Source: Glaucostegus cemiculus (Eukaryota). From it: DNA of 64,000 bases. Positions within the stretch are counted from its first letter, which is position 1. Every line of letters starts with the position of its first letter. Positions 1 to 11,005 of this stretch are shown here, piece after piece. The position numbers and the translations under genes are program-made. The stretch spans positions 3,534,001 to 3,598,000 of the forward strand of contig CDPCPM010000169.1 of assembly GCA_976551045.1 (NCBI GenBank), written 5' to 3'. A model generated the notes under the pieces. The model had not been told where the DNA came from and did not search any database. It saw nothing but the letters and a program-made list of their open reading frames with translations.

Positions 1-189
1 GAAGATTCTGTGTGTGGCAACCTGTATAATACTTGTCTTGTTATGGGAGAAAGCAAATGCAGAAAACTTGTTGCAAGAAAACTGAGGAATTGCTGCATAC
101 TTTAATGTTACTTATTCAGATAATGTATTTATTCCTGGTAGACCTAATGTTCCAGCAGGCTCTTGCCCTACTAAATATTTTTCCTACTT

Positions 190-1935
190 TGACTTTATCT
201 TACCCTCCCATCCAATCCCTTCCCACTTACATCCATGGCACTTCTGATGTCCTCCGCTATTTTGAAAATTTCCAATTCCCTGCTACCAACTGCCCAACTT
301 CATCATGGAGATTCAATCCCTTTATACCTCCAGACCATCTCAGGAAGGTCTGAGGGCCCTCCCTTTCTTTCTTAAATGGAAGCCCAACCATTTCCCCTCC
401 AATAACACATTCATTTGATCAGCAGAACTTATGCAAAGCAACTTCTCCTTTGATTCCACTTTCTCCAGATTAAAGGTATAGCTACGGGAACTCACATGGG
501 CCCGAGCTACGCCTGCCTTTTTGTTGGATACCCCGGAACAGTCCTTGTCCCAGGTTAATTTGGGATCATTTCCTCAGTCTTTTTCCAATATATTGACAAC
601 TGCATGGGTGCCACATTCTGCACATAATTTGAAAATCTCATCACTTTTGCTGGCAATCTTCACCCTACTTGCACATTTATATGGCCCATCCCTGACACTT
701 CCCTCCCCTTCATGGATCTCTTTGTTTCCATCTCAGGAGATAGATTAACCACAAACACCTTTTACAAGTCATTAACATATTTTACAAGTTCACACACTCT
801 CACAGCTACCCTGACTATACATCCTCCCACCCTGCCTTCTGTAAGGATCCCATTCTTTTTTTTGCTATTTCTTTGGCTCTGTTGCATTAGTTCCAATCAT
901 GAGGCCTTCTGCTCTGGTATATCTGAGGTGTTCTCCTTCTTCCTACAACATAGCTTCCTCTTTACCATAGTGGATGGAGCTCTCAACTGCATATCTTCTA
1001 TTTCTTGCACTTCTGCTCTCACCCCCCTCTCCGCTGGGACAGCACAAAGATAGAGTTCCTCGGTACTCACCTTCCACCCCACCAGCCTTTGCATTCAATG
1101 TATTAGCCTTTGCAAATGTTCACTAGCTTTAATATGATTCTACCACCTCATCCCCTCTCCTCTCCTTCCTGTGCCTTGCAGGAACCGCTCATTTCATGAT
1201 TCCCTGGTCCACTTCTCTGTCCCCACTCAGCACCTCTTTCCACAGCATCTCCCCACTTAACCAAAGGAGATGCAACACTTATCCATTCCTACCATCCAAG
1301 AGTCCAAACAATCATTCTAAGTTGGAGCAGTGATTCATTTACACTTCTTTCAATATGGTCTACTGCATTTGGTATTCACAGCGTAGCCTCCTCTTCACTG
1401 GAGAAACCAAATGCTGTTTGGTTAATCACTTTGCAAAGAACCTGTGCTCAGTCCACAGGGATGAACCTGAGCTTCCACTTTAATTCTCAATTCCACTCTC
1501 TGTCCAACATGTCTGTCTACAGTCTCTACACTGCCATAGTCAGGCTCAGTGTGAACCTAGATCAACATCTTATCTTCCATCCAGGCACTTTGCAACCTTC
1601 TGGAATGAACATTACATTCTCCAACATCAGGTAAATTGCTCTCTCATCGTTTCCCATTATTATGCCCATGTCCCTTTCTCACCACTTTTCTGTAAAATAG
1701 CTTACTAATGATCAGTACTCATGTTCATCACCTGATCTATCATAACTTATCTCCGTACACCTTACTCCTCCCCCAAGCTTTTCTTTGAAAACTGTGAACT
1801 CTCCACTCTTGCTCTAGTTCTGAGGAAGGGTCACTGATCCAAAAAGTGGACTGGTTTCTCTTTCCACAGACTCTGCTTGATTGGTTGAGTTCTTCCAGCA
1901 TTTCTGTTTATTGTTTCAGATTCAAGCAAATGCAG
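190..1935 (+). mobile_element. Decayed Penelope-like retroelement (RT + GIY-YIG endonuclease + terminal repeat with hammerhead-like motif)
   Basis: Frameshifted RT motifs LQIKGIATGTHMGPSYACLFVGY, FQYIDNC and LPFMDLFVSISGDRLTTNTFYK. GIY-YIG remnant VYCIW...FTGETK and C-terminus QHLIFHPGTLQPSGMNITFSNIR* ending at 1634. Terminal motif CTGAGGA-A-GGGTCACTGATCC at 1820-1840. Confidence 0.85.
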
Positions 1936-1989
1936 TTTTATTTGTTTTCCATATTTATTTCTTAACCCTGTTTAATAACAGGGCCACTG

Positions 1990-2745
1990 CAAGAACCACA
2001 CAACTAGGAAGAACTACTTACATTGGGAAGGTGATTGGGGCTGGAGGAGATTACAGAGATTGAAAAAGGTGAGATCAAGGGGAAGAACAAGGATGGCAAT
2101 TTTATAATCAAGACATGAATAACCCAGAGCCTATACATGTCAAAAAACATAACGCTAATGAACGAATGAAAAATCGTGCAGGTTAGAACATGGGGAGAAG
2201 AGTTTTGGATGATCTCAGCAGAGCAGCTAAACCAAGGATGCAATCAAGCAATGGTCTGGAAGAAGAAATAGTCTGAAAGATGACATGGATACGATGTCTG
2301 ATTCTCACGCTGGAGTTACAAACTGTCTAATTCTATTTCAGACAGCTGGCAGGAAGAGAGACAGAGTCAGTGTCTGAGGAATGGAGTTTGTGGTGGAAAC
2401 CAAAGACGATGACTTCAGTCCTCTCCATATTTAATTGAAAAGAATTTCTACTCATCTAGTACTGTGTGCTGGATAATTGGCCTGATGATTTAGAAATAAA
2501 TAATGAAGGAATTAAGAGAAATGGTGTGAGGTAAAGTAACTTACATGGGGAAAATGACACTTTGTTTTTGGATGCTGTTGCTAAGTGGTAGCACATAGAT
2601 AAGAAACAGGTGGTGGTCTATGGATAGATCACTGGCTGCAGCAAAGAAGTCTTTGCTGTGTTTTTCTGGATCTGATTGAATAGAAAAGAATGGAACCAGA
2701 TGAGTGATGTCTCATTCAACTGGATAATGGTTCAGAAGCCCTGCA
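1990..2745 (-). mobile_element. Decayed L2-clade LINE RT fragment
   Basis: Minus-strand remnants LFLIYVLPLSNSIQKQSV and MSRNSFQLNMERTEVIVFG match typical L2 RT segments. Confidence 0.7.
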
Positions 2746-2831
2746 GAAGAGAGCTACAAGGTTAAAGGAAAATGTAAAATTTTATACGTGAAGCTGGAAT
2801 ATTTTACCCTTAAAACTAATTACTCTGCTAA

Positions 2832-3055
2832 TGAAAAAACAACAAGATGTTGGAAGAACTCTGCAGAACTAGGCAGCATCTGTGGAGAAAAGCAAACAGT
2901 CAACATTTCGTATCAGAACCCTTCTTCAGAAAGTCTTGACCTAAAACATTGACCGTCTACTGTTCTCCATGGATGCTGCCTGGCCCGTTGAGTTCCTCCA
3001 GCATCTTGTTGTTTTTCATCTAGATTCCAGCATCTGCAGGTCTTTGTTTCTCTAG
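2832..3055. mobile_element. Palindromic non-autonomous PLE-terminus element with 14-bp TSD
   Basis: The left arm tgaaaaaacaacaagatgttggaagaactc is the near reverse complement of gagttcctccagcatcttgttgtttttca. Identical flanking repeats AATTACTCTGCTAA lie at 2818-2831 and 3056-3069. Confidence 0.85.
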
Positions 3056-6000
3056 AATTACTCTGCTAAATTAGTTTTGTTCAAGTAGTTTGTTGAGCTG
3101 TATTGATACAGAACATGTCGAGAAAGTAATTTTAGTGATAAAACTACTTTTTAAAATATTCCCCTTTTGGGTCTGAAGCAACATTAAATTGCCATAAATT
3201 AATTAACTAATTAATTAATTGCACAATGCTAGAGTAAATTCAAATGAATGGACAGTTGTAACTAGATGAATATTAGAGCACTTGATCTACACCACAACTG
3301 TTACCAGCTATAGTAAGAACCCATACTGTCGTTTGAAAATCGATTTCTGGAATTGCATCTCTAAACCTCTGTCTCTTTCTATATAGCCCTTATAACTACA
3401 TCTTTAGCCGAACCTTAATAACCTTTAATCCTAATAACCTCTGGTTTGGTGTCACTGTTGGTCTGAATATACTAAGGCAAGATACCTTGGATATTTCTTT
3501 GTTAGTCAGCTGTTACTGATACAAATCTAGAAATTATGCTGTGCTATTATATCAGACTCATTTGTCATCTATTTTAATGAACAGAACAATTTGATTTGAA
3601 TGCAACCATCACTCTGCATTAAGGACGCAGCTTTAATTACAAGACCACTGGTACTAATACAGTCATTAGTTTTAAGTGGAACAAGTGTTTTATTTTTGCA
3701 AATGATTTGCTCACATCCAAATCCACTTCCATTGTTACTAAGTCTAGGTTTTTGTCTGTAAACTTGTAGTACACATTCAGTAGATTGTGGTTCATGTGGA
3801 TTTGGTAAAATCACTGGATTTTCTGGGAATGTTATGCTATGCCATGCCACACCAATTCTTTTGCCTTTGTTTTAACATGACCAGGCTGTGACTGGAATCT
3901 GTTTCTTGATGACTAATGATATTTTAAAAGGTAGATTTTCCTTTAGGATGCAAGTGCAATGATGATTAATACAAGATGAAGCACTTTTACATTACCCAGT
4001 TTTACTGTGTGTCCAACAAGACTGCAGAAACACTAAGAAGATATTTAGATGTATCATAAATTGTTCCTCAGTGCAAGCACTTGGCTAAACTAAAATGAAA
4101 TGTATTTTAAGCTGATTATAACAGTCTGAGGCAACAGATTATATACTTAACTGGTGTGTACTTAAAACACATTCGTCATATATTCTCCATCACTAACATT
4201 TATTTCAGAAACAAAGATGATTGTCATTTGACAGGCAAGTGATTTAACCACATTAAATAACATGACATACAGTATGCTGCAAATCTAGAAAATTGACACT
4301 GGCATATAAGACCCTGTAATTAACTTTGCTTCAAAAGCCAAATTGGAATTGAAGTTTTTTTTTCTCTCATCAGGCTGTGCTGCAAACTCCCTCAACAGAG
4401 CATATTTGAAATGTAATCGGCCAGAATTCTCTCAAATTCTGAAAGTGATTTTTCCTTATTACACAACTGCCTTATTTGACTCAGGAATAATTATCACCCT
4501 CAGCAACACTGCACAGCTTCTAAAGACCTTGAAGAATCATGGCAAATGAAGGGTGAGTGGTAGATCAACCCTTTCTGGGTTTGTATAATACCAGCCTTCT
4601 TCAACTATATAAGGAGTGCAAAAAAGGGGAAGAAATTATTACTAAAAGTTCTTGGAAAAAGTCAGCAAACAGAAATGAGATTTAAGCTATTACATAGATA
4701 TTGTAAAATCAAAAGATCTGGCATCTCCAGAGGGACATAAGTTATCTTTTTCTCACTTTCTGCTCCATTGGTGGGCTCACAAGTTAAACAATTAAAATGG
4801 CATAAAACTGCCTTGCAAAGTTCAGCTGACCGCTCCTTGACCTTATCTCCATGTGTTGCAATTTGATCTTTTAAAAATCAAATGCTCCAGCAGTAATGGA
4901 TGCAACTTGAAAATCCTTGGTTTTTGTATCTGACAATTACACATCTTCTTTAAGTGGGTCCAAAGTGGGCAAACTCTATAATATTGGCATAATAAGCACA
5001 CTGGAAATGGTATAGCTAAAATCTCATCACTCTCAGATGTGATGCTGTACAGTTCTTTGTCCTTCAGCCTGGAAAGATTCAAAAGCAATTGCACATGGGA
5101 GTTGTAAGTCTGAATCACAGACATGAATGACAATAGGATTTGTCTACTCTTGTCAAGTGTGTTTTTCCAGCAGTTGTACCACATGTGCAATCCGTGATCC
5201 ATCACATTATTTACAGCTGTTTATTTTGTAACCAGAAGAAATGCTTATGTTCTTTGGCTATTTGGGGTCATAACTGTCATTGCATTGCTGCTGGTTTTAG
5301 TATTTATTTTCCTTCTGTACCACACAACCACATGGGTTTAAAACAAAAGTTTTGGTGAGATAATGCAAATAATTGGAAACCTGTATCACATATGATATTG
5401 GCTGTTAACAATCACTGCTGCTTTAAGGATGTACCACTTTAAGGAGTGCATCATGAGACTAACTGGTGTCTGTGCCTGTGCTGGATTGTTTGTTGTGGGA
5501 AGCTCCAGTCTCTCTATCTCTGTGGAGGAAACCACAAAAATAAATGCTGTTCTGATGCTGCAAGCTTTTTCCGACTACTTAATAAAGTACTTTTGTTATT
5601 AGTTTGAATAACCAATTGTTTTTCAAGCATCTTAGGGAGATCAAGATGGTGAGATACAATATCAGAACTATTGGTTGGTGAAATGATTGGATGCCTTGTG
5701 TAAATAGGAAAACTGAACACTATGTGTGATCCCTCCCGATTGAGATAATACATGGGCATGTGCGAGAGATGTCAGCCGTGTGATTCAACTGAGGTTCAAC
5801 ACATGGAACAAATAGAGACTCCCAAGCTGCTAGATTTCCTGGCAAGTACTTTATCAAAAGAATGGAAACAGTGGAAGTTAGAGTCAATGGTGTTTATTGG
5901 ACTAGCTGTGAAAAATACAGCAGAACAGAAGAAAATAAAGATGTTGCTGTATCGCATTGTTTCAAGTGGAGAGAATGGAGAATGCATTACATATTTTACA

Positions 6001-6831
6001 AGCACATTGAAAAGTATCTAGAAATGAAAGAGTTGATTGTTATTTACATGCAGTGAAGAGCAGAGAGAAATAATCTTTTGATACTTTCTTAATGGAGGTA
6101 AAATCATTTGGCATATTGCAAGGATATGCTTATTGACATTGGATTATCTTCTGAATCCAATATCACAGCTTGTGAGACAGAGTTAACTCTGGAAATCTGC
6201 AAGCAGACATGCAAAGCAGCAGAACTATATGCAGTCAGGGTAGAAGTGTTTGATGGGCAACAACAGGAAACATATCCAATAGAATACGAGGCAGAAGGCA
6301 GAAGAGGGAAAATACATTGAAGTTGGTTGCGGTATTACAAACACTGTGGACATCAACATGAATGGCTATGAAGGAATGTCCAGCATATATTAAAAAAAAG
6401 TGTGACATAGATTGGTACATGCACAATAAAAAGGACATCAAAAATCCATGCAGTGACTATGGGACAGATAGTAACGACTGACATGCCTACTCCCTAGGTA
6501 TTCAGCTTGGTGTGTGCTGCAAAATCAAATGCAGGCTGAGAATTTACCTAAACTCCAGGAATTTTAATAGCTCCTCGAAGAGAAACTATTATGGAGAAGT
6601 TTTTGTCAGACCTGAGTGAAGCTAAAATGTTCATTGTACTGGAAGCAGAAATGGATTCTGGAATGCAGAGCTCAATGAGGAGAGTACGCTTTTATCCTAT
6701 TTCAGCACACTGTACCAGGGGAATCTCAGTGAAGGCTCTATAGGGTCAAAAGCAAAGCAAATGACAGTGTGGTCTTTGGAGAAGGGGAAACATTGAAAGA
6801 AGCAGAGTTAGACTGTGACCAAAAGCTGAGA

Positions 6832-6982
6832 GCAAAACAGAAAATGCTAGAGACACTAGGCAGGTCAGACAGCATCCGTAAAAGGAGAAATGTTTCAAGT
6901 AGAAGACCTTTGTTAGGCCTACCTGAATGTTTCCAGCACTATTTGTTTTTATTTCAGATTTCCGGGATCTACTTTTTTTTCC
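6832..6982. mobile_element. Short inverted PLE-terminus element inserted in the Gypsy RT
   Basis: Arms resemble the 2832-3055 element. Flanked by ACCAAAAGCTGAGA (6818-6831) and ACCAAAAGTCGAGA (6983-6996). The RT peptide resumes across it (DQKLR / SLMSICREK). Confidence 0.75.
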
Positions 6983-7300
6983 ACCAAAAGTCGAGATCCC
7001 TGATGAGCATATGTAGAGAGAAATAGATGATGTTGAACATACAGAAGCTGAAGGTCAAAATGGGGGAAGACTCCTCCTTCAGTCACTTAATCACCAGAGA
7101 CAGTCTGAAGCCAGATCCAGTAAAAGTCAAGGCAGCAAAGGAGATATTGCACTCAATGGATCCTATAGGAGTGCAACAGTTACTCAGGTTTGTCAACTAT
7201 CTGAGTGAGATCCTGCCCCCTTTGAGTGGTCGCTCAGGCAGGCAACTTTAAAGGAGATGGAATGGTGCTCGATTGAGATTCAAGAGCAAGTAATCAAATA

Positions 7301-7530
7301 TAAGATATCTTTATTAGTCACATGTACAGCGAAACACACAGTGAAATGCAGCCTTTGCATGGAGTATTCTGGGGGCAGCCCGCCAGTGTTTCCAAGCTTC
7401 CAGTGGCAAAATAGCATGCCCACAACTTCCTAACCCATACGTCTTTTGGAATGTAGGAGGAAACTGGAGCACCCGGAGGAAACCCACGCTGACACGGGGA
7501 GAACATACAAACTTCTTTCAGACAGCGGCT
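7301..7530 (-). mobile_element. V-SINE (HE1-like), 5'-truncated, with Rex-like tail
   Basis: V-domain GCGTGGGTTTCCTCCGGGTGCTCCAGTTTCCTCC on the minus strand; tail ...TTTCACTGTGTGTTTCGCTGTACATGTGACTAATAAAG. Confidence 0.85.
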
Positions 7531-8820
7531 GCAATTATTGGGGAGATGGTCACAACCACACGCATGTTGTGATATTTTATTGATGAGAAGGAACTAGTGC
7601 TATAGGCAAATGCATCAGAAGGGTCTTGGAGCAATGATCCTCCAGGAAGGTCAGTTAATAGCATACACAAGCAGAGATTCACACTTGGAAATGCATTACA
7701 CATAAATTGGGAATGACCTACTTGCTGTAATCTCTGGACTGGTAAAGTTTCACCAATAAGCATATGCTGAACTATATATAGGCACAGCAATTACAGCCCA
7801 CCCAATATCATTCAATTTAAGCCTATAGAGCACCGACAGGGTTGCAGAGAATTCTTGTGATGATGTTTATATACAACATAAAAGATTTGGTTTTGTCTGG
7901 GCAAAGATACACATGTCGCAGACACTTTTAGAGAGCCTGAGTCTTAAGCTCCTCTCAAAGACACATGGCATGTGAGGGATACTGAGCTTGAGACAATCAA
8001 CATTGAAAAGCATATTTCAGTCTCTCAGCCACTGATCCAATATACTGAGGCTACCAACAAAATGATATGATGCAGCCCCTGGAGCGGGTGATTCACATAA
8101 GAAAGGAAAGAGGTACATCATGAGGTTGAACCTGTTTTCAGATCTGTTCCTGCACTGGAGAGATGAACTGGCAGTCAAGGTGAACAGATCAGAGGTGAAG
8201 CATGCAAACTGTGAAGATACAACATGATCAAACATGCTCGCTCTCACTTTTGGGGTGAAAGGTTGCCTCCACAGGAAAAATTCCCACTGACTGGGATGAA
8301 TGAGAGCCTGCGTAGAAATGCAAGACCTGCAGATCTCTAGTCAAAGAAAATATTTCACTCTCATTTAACTCTTGACGCACACCAGGCAAAAGTCAAGTTA
8401 GACCTGTTTCACCAAGATGGAGAAATGACAACTGATTATTTAAAAAAAATCTGTGAGCTACTTCTTAGGAAATGTCCACTCATTAACAATCAAAGGACAA
8501 CTTGCCAGAAATGGCACCTCTAAGGAGTTGATCATTGATAACGGATCACAGTCCAGAGCAGACAACTTTGTGATGTTCTCACAGGACTGGCAATTTGATC
8601 ACTATACATCATCACCTCACTGGAAAGGCAGGTAATGGGCAAAGATGGCCAAAGGATTGCTAAAGAAAGCTAAGCCATTACCGTCAGGCCACTACTTGGG
8701 TAACCGAGCTTTCTTGATGTATCAATCCAAGGAATAATGAGTAGTCCTGTGCAGAGGCTTAGGAGCAGATGACTACTCCCAACAACAGGAAGAACCCAAG
8801 GTAGAAAAAAGTCAACAAGT

Positions 8821-9145
8821 CTTACAGCACAAAAACAGGTCCTTCATCTCACTGAGCCCATACCAACCATTTAGCAGCTATTTCAACTAATCCTGCATTA
8901 ATCCCATTTTACTTATATTATCCTTCCCACATTCCCATCAACTCCTCCCACCTTCCCTATATTCTATCATTCACCTATATATTAGAGACAATTTACAGAG
9001 GGTATTTAACCTACCAGCCTGCACATCTTTGGGATGTGGGGGTAAACCAGAGTACCCAGAGGAAATCTACACTCAGACGCCAGGAGAGAAAGTACAAACT
9101 CCATCATGACAACATGGGAAGTCACAATTGAACCCAGGTCACTGC
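8821..9145 (-). mobile_element. Older V-SINE (HE1-like) copy with CR1-type tail
   Basis: Diverged V-domain (gggatgtgggggtaaaccagagtacccagaggaaa) and tRNA-like B-box remnant (attgaacccagg). Confidence 0.75.
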
Positions 9146-9714
9146 GAGGAATGTATAAGGATTACTGGAAGATGGAGGAGACCAATAGAAAACTGGAACA
9201 CTACTATCATCTGAATAAAATGATTAGTAGATGAAAATTTAAGTAAAATATTACAATTTTACACTGCCTACTCAATGCTAATTTTATGCAGATCTGAACC
9301 AGGCAGAACCTTCACTGCAATATTTAAAATTGGGAGGAGGCACCCTTCCTTCACCTGACCAAATTCTGACAATAATACCACTTGCGATTATTTGGTCAAT
9401 CGAATTGACCAAAGATAAATAATCCCAAGATCAAGGTAAAATTACATGAAAGAGGTAATGTCACTTAGGCAGAGCCTTTGGTTGTCCAGAATTGATCTGA
9501 CAGTCTTTGAGTTGTGGAAGGAAAACTCAGTATCATTCTCATTTTTGATTGCTGAAAATAACGTATCTGTGTGGATATAAAGCCCAGAGAGAATAAGAAT
9601 CACCTATGTTGCTCTTCATTCTGCTGTATTCTTAATGATGAATCAACCTTTTTCTCCAGTTTCCAATTCATAACAAACAGAAGCACTTGCAAGCCACTTG
9701 GACACTTGCGCCTG

Positions 9715-11005
9715 CTCTGCCTTTCAATAAGATCAAGACTAATCTCTTAGCTCAGTGCCACTTTCCTGTACAAACTCCATATCTTTGTTTCCCTCAATAT
9801 ACAAAAATATACCAAATGTATTTAGTAACTGAGTATCCACAGTTCTCTTGGGTTGAAAATTCCAAAGGTTCATTATGCTCTGGTAAAAGAAATTTCTTCT
9901 CATTTCAGTCCAAAAAAGCTCAGAAACGCCTCTACTTCCTGCGGAGACTGAGGAAAGCGAACTCCCATCCCTCCGTCATGAAAACTTTCTATAGAGGGAC
10001 CATTGAGAGCATCCTAACTCAATGTATCACTGTTTGGTTTGGAAGCTGCTCAGCTGCTGGGCGGAAGTCCCTCCAGAGGATAGCTAGGGCTGCGGAGAGG
10101 ATCATAGGTGTCTCTCTTCCATCCCTCGCAGACATATACAAGGTCCATTGTGTGAGGAAGACCAAAAGCATATAATGGCCGACCCTTCTCACCCCTCCCA
10201 TCACCTCTTTACAATTTTGCCATAGGGGAGGAGGCTTAAATGTATCAGGGCAAGAACGACCGGGCTGAACAATAGCTTCTTTCCGCAAGCCATCAGAACT
10301 GCGAACTCTCTCATCCCTCCACCTTCCTTGTTAACACTAAGGGATGCTAGGTGCACAGAAATGCACCAGCACTTTAAATGCCCGCCACCGGCCTGTTCAC
10401 TTTAATAACTATTTATTTATTTACAGGCCATTTTTAATTTAATCTGCGTATTAATTTAATTTTAACTTCCTTAGTTTTTAATGTTTAATGTTTTTTAATG
10501 TTTATTTTGTTAAGTGTGTCTGTGTCTCTCTGTTGGTTGTTATTTAATGGGACGAGCACCTGAGGAGGACGGTATTTCGCTCCTATGCATACTATGTATG
10601 TATATGGCTGTGACAATAAAAGTGATTCTGATTCTGATTCAAAAGGAATGACCCCTTATTTTGAGAATATATCCCCAGGTGATACACACTCTAGCCAGAG
10701 GAAAACATCATCGATGCATCTACCCTGTCAAATTCCATGAGGACTTAGCATGCTTCAAAACTTCCATTCCTCTGAATTCAAAAGAGTACAGTCCCTGTCT
10801 GTTTAATCTTTCCTCTATGGACAATCTCGCATTCCAGAAATTAATCTCATGAATCTTCATTTACTCCCTCCATTGCATACAGTTAGTGAGACCAGAACTA
10901 TACATAATATTCCATGCGTGGCTTCACCAAGGCCCTATATATTTACAGTAGATAAATTTACTCTTGTTTTCAAATCTTATTACAGTAATGCCACTGTTAG
11001 CCTTC
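9715..11005 (-). mobile_element. CR1 LINE 3' fragment, interrupted by a Rex1/Babar insertion
   Basis: gaccagaactatacataatattccatgcgtggcttcaccaaggccctata corresponds to the CR1 YRALVRPHLEYCVQFW motif on the minus strand. CR1-like sequence continues on both sides of 9911-10640. Confidence 0.7.
9911..10640 (+). mobile_element. Rex1/Babar LINE 3' fragment (relatively young)
   Basis: KKAQKRLYFLRRLRKA...FYRGTIESILTQCITVWFGSC...LQRIARAAERIIG...DPSHPSH...SFFPQAIR. The 3' UTR ends GTGACAATAAAA followed by (GATTCT)n. Confidence 0.85.

Larger units (their letters stand above)
5790..8820 (+). mobile_element. Eroded Ty3/Gypsy LTR retrotransposon internal region (gag, RT, RNase H, integrase remnants)
   Basis: Gag-like EWKQWK...KMLLY. 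RT remnants LSEAKMFIVLEAE, ANDSVVFGEGETL and LKPDPVKVKA...GVQQLLRFVNYL. RNase H-like ANAS and ADT motifs. Integrase LARNGTSKELIIDNGSQ...WQFDHYTSSPH. Domain order RT-RH-IN; many stops and frameshifts. Confidence 0.8.
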
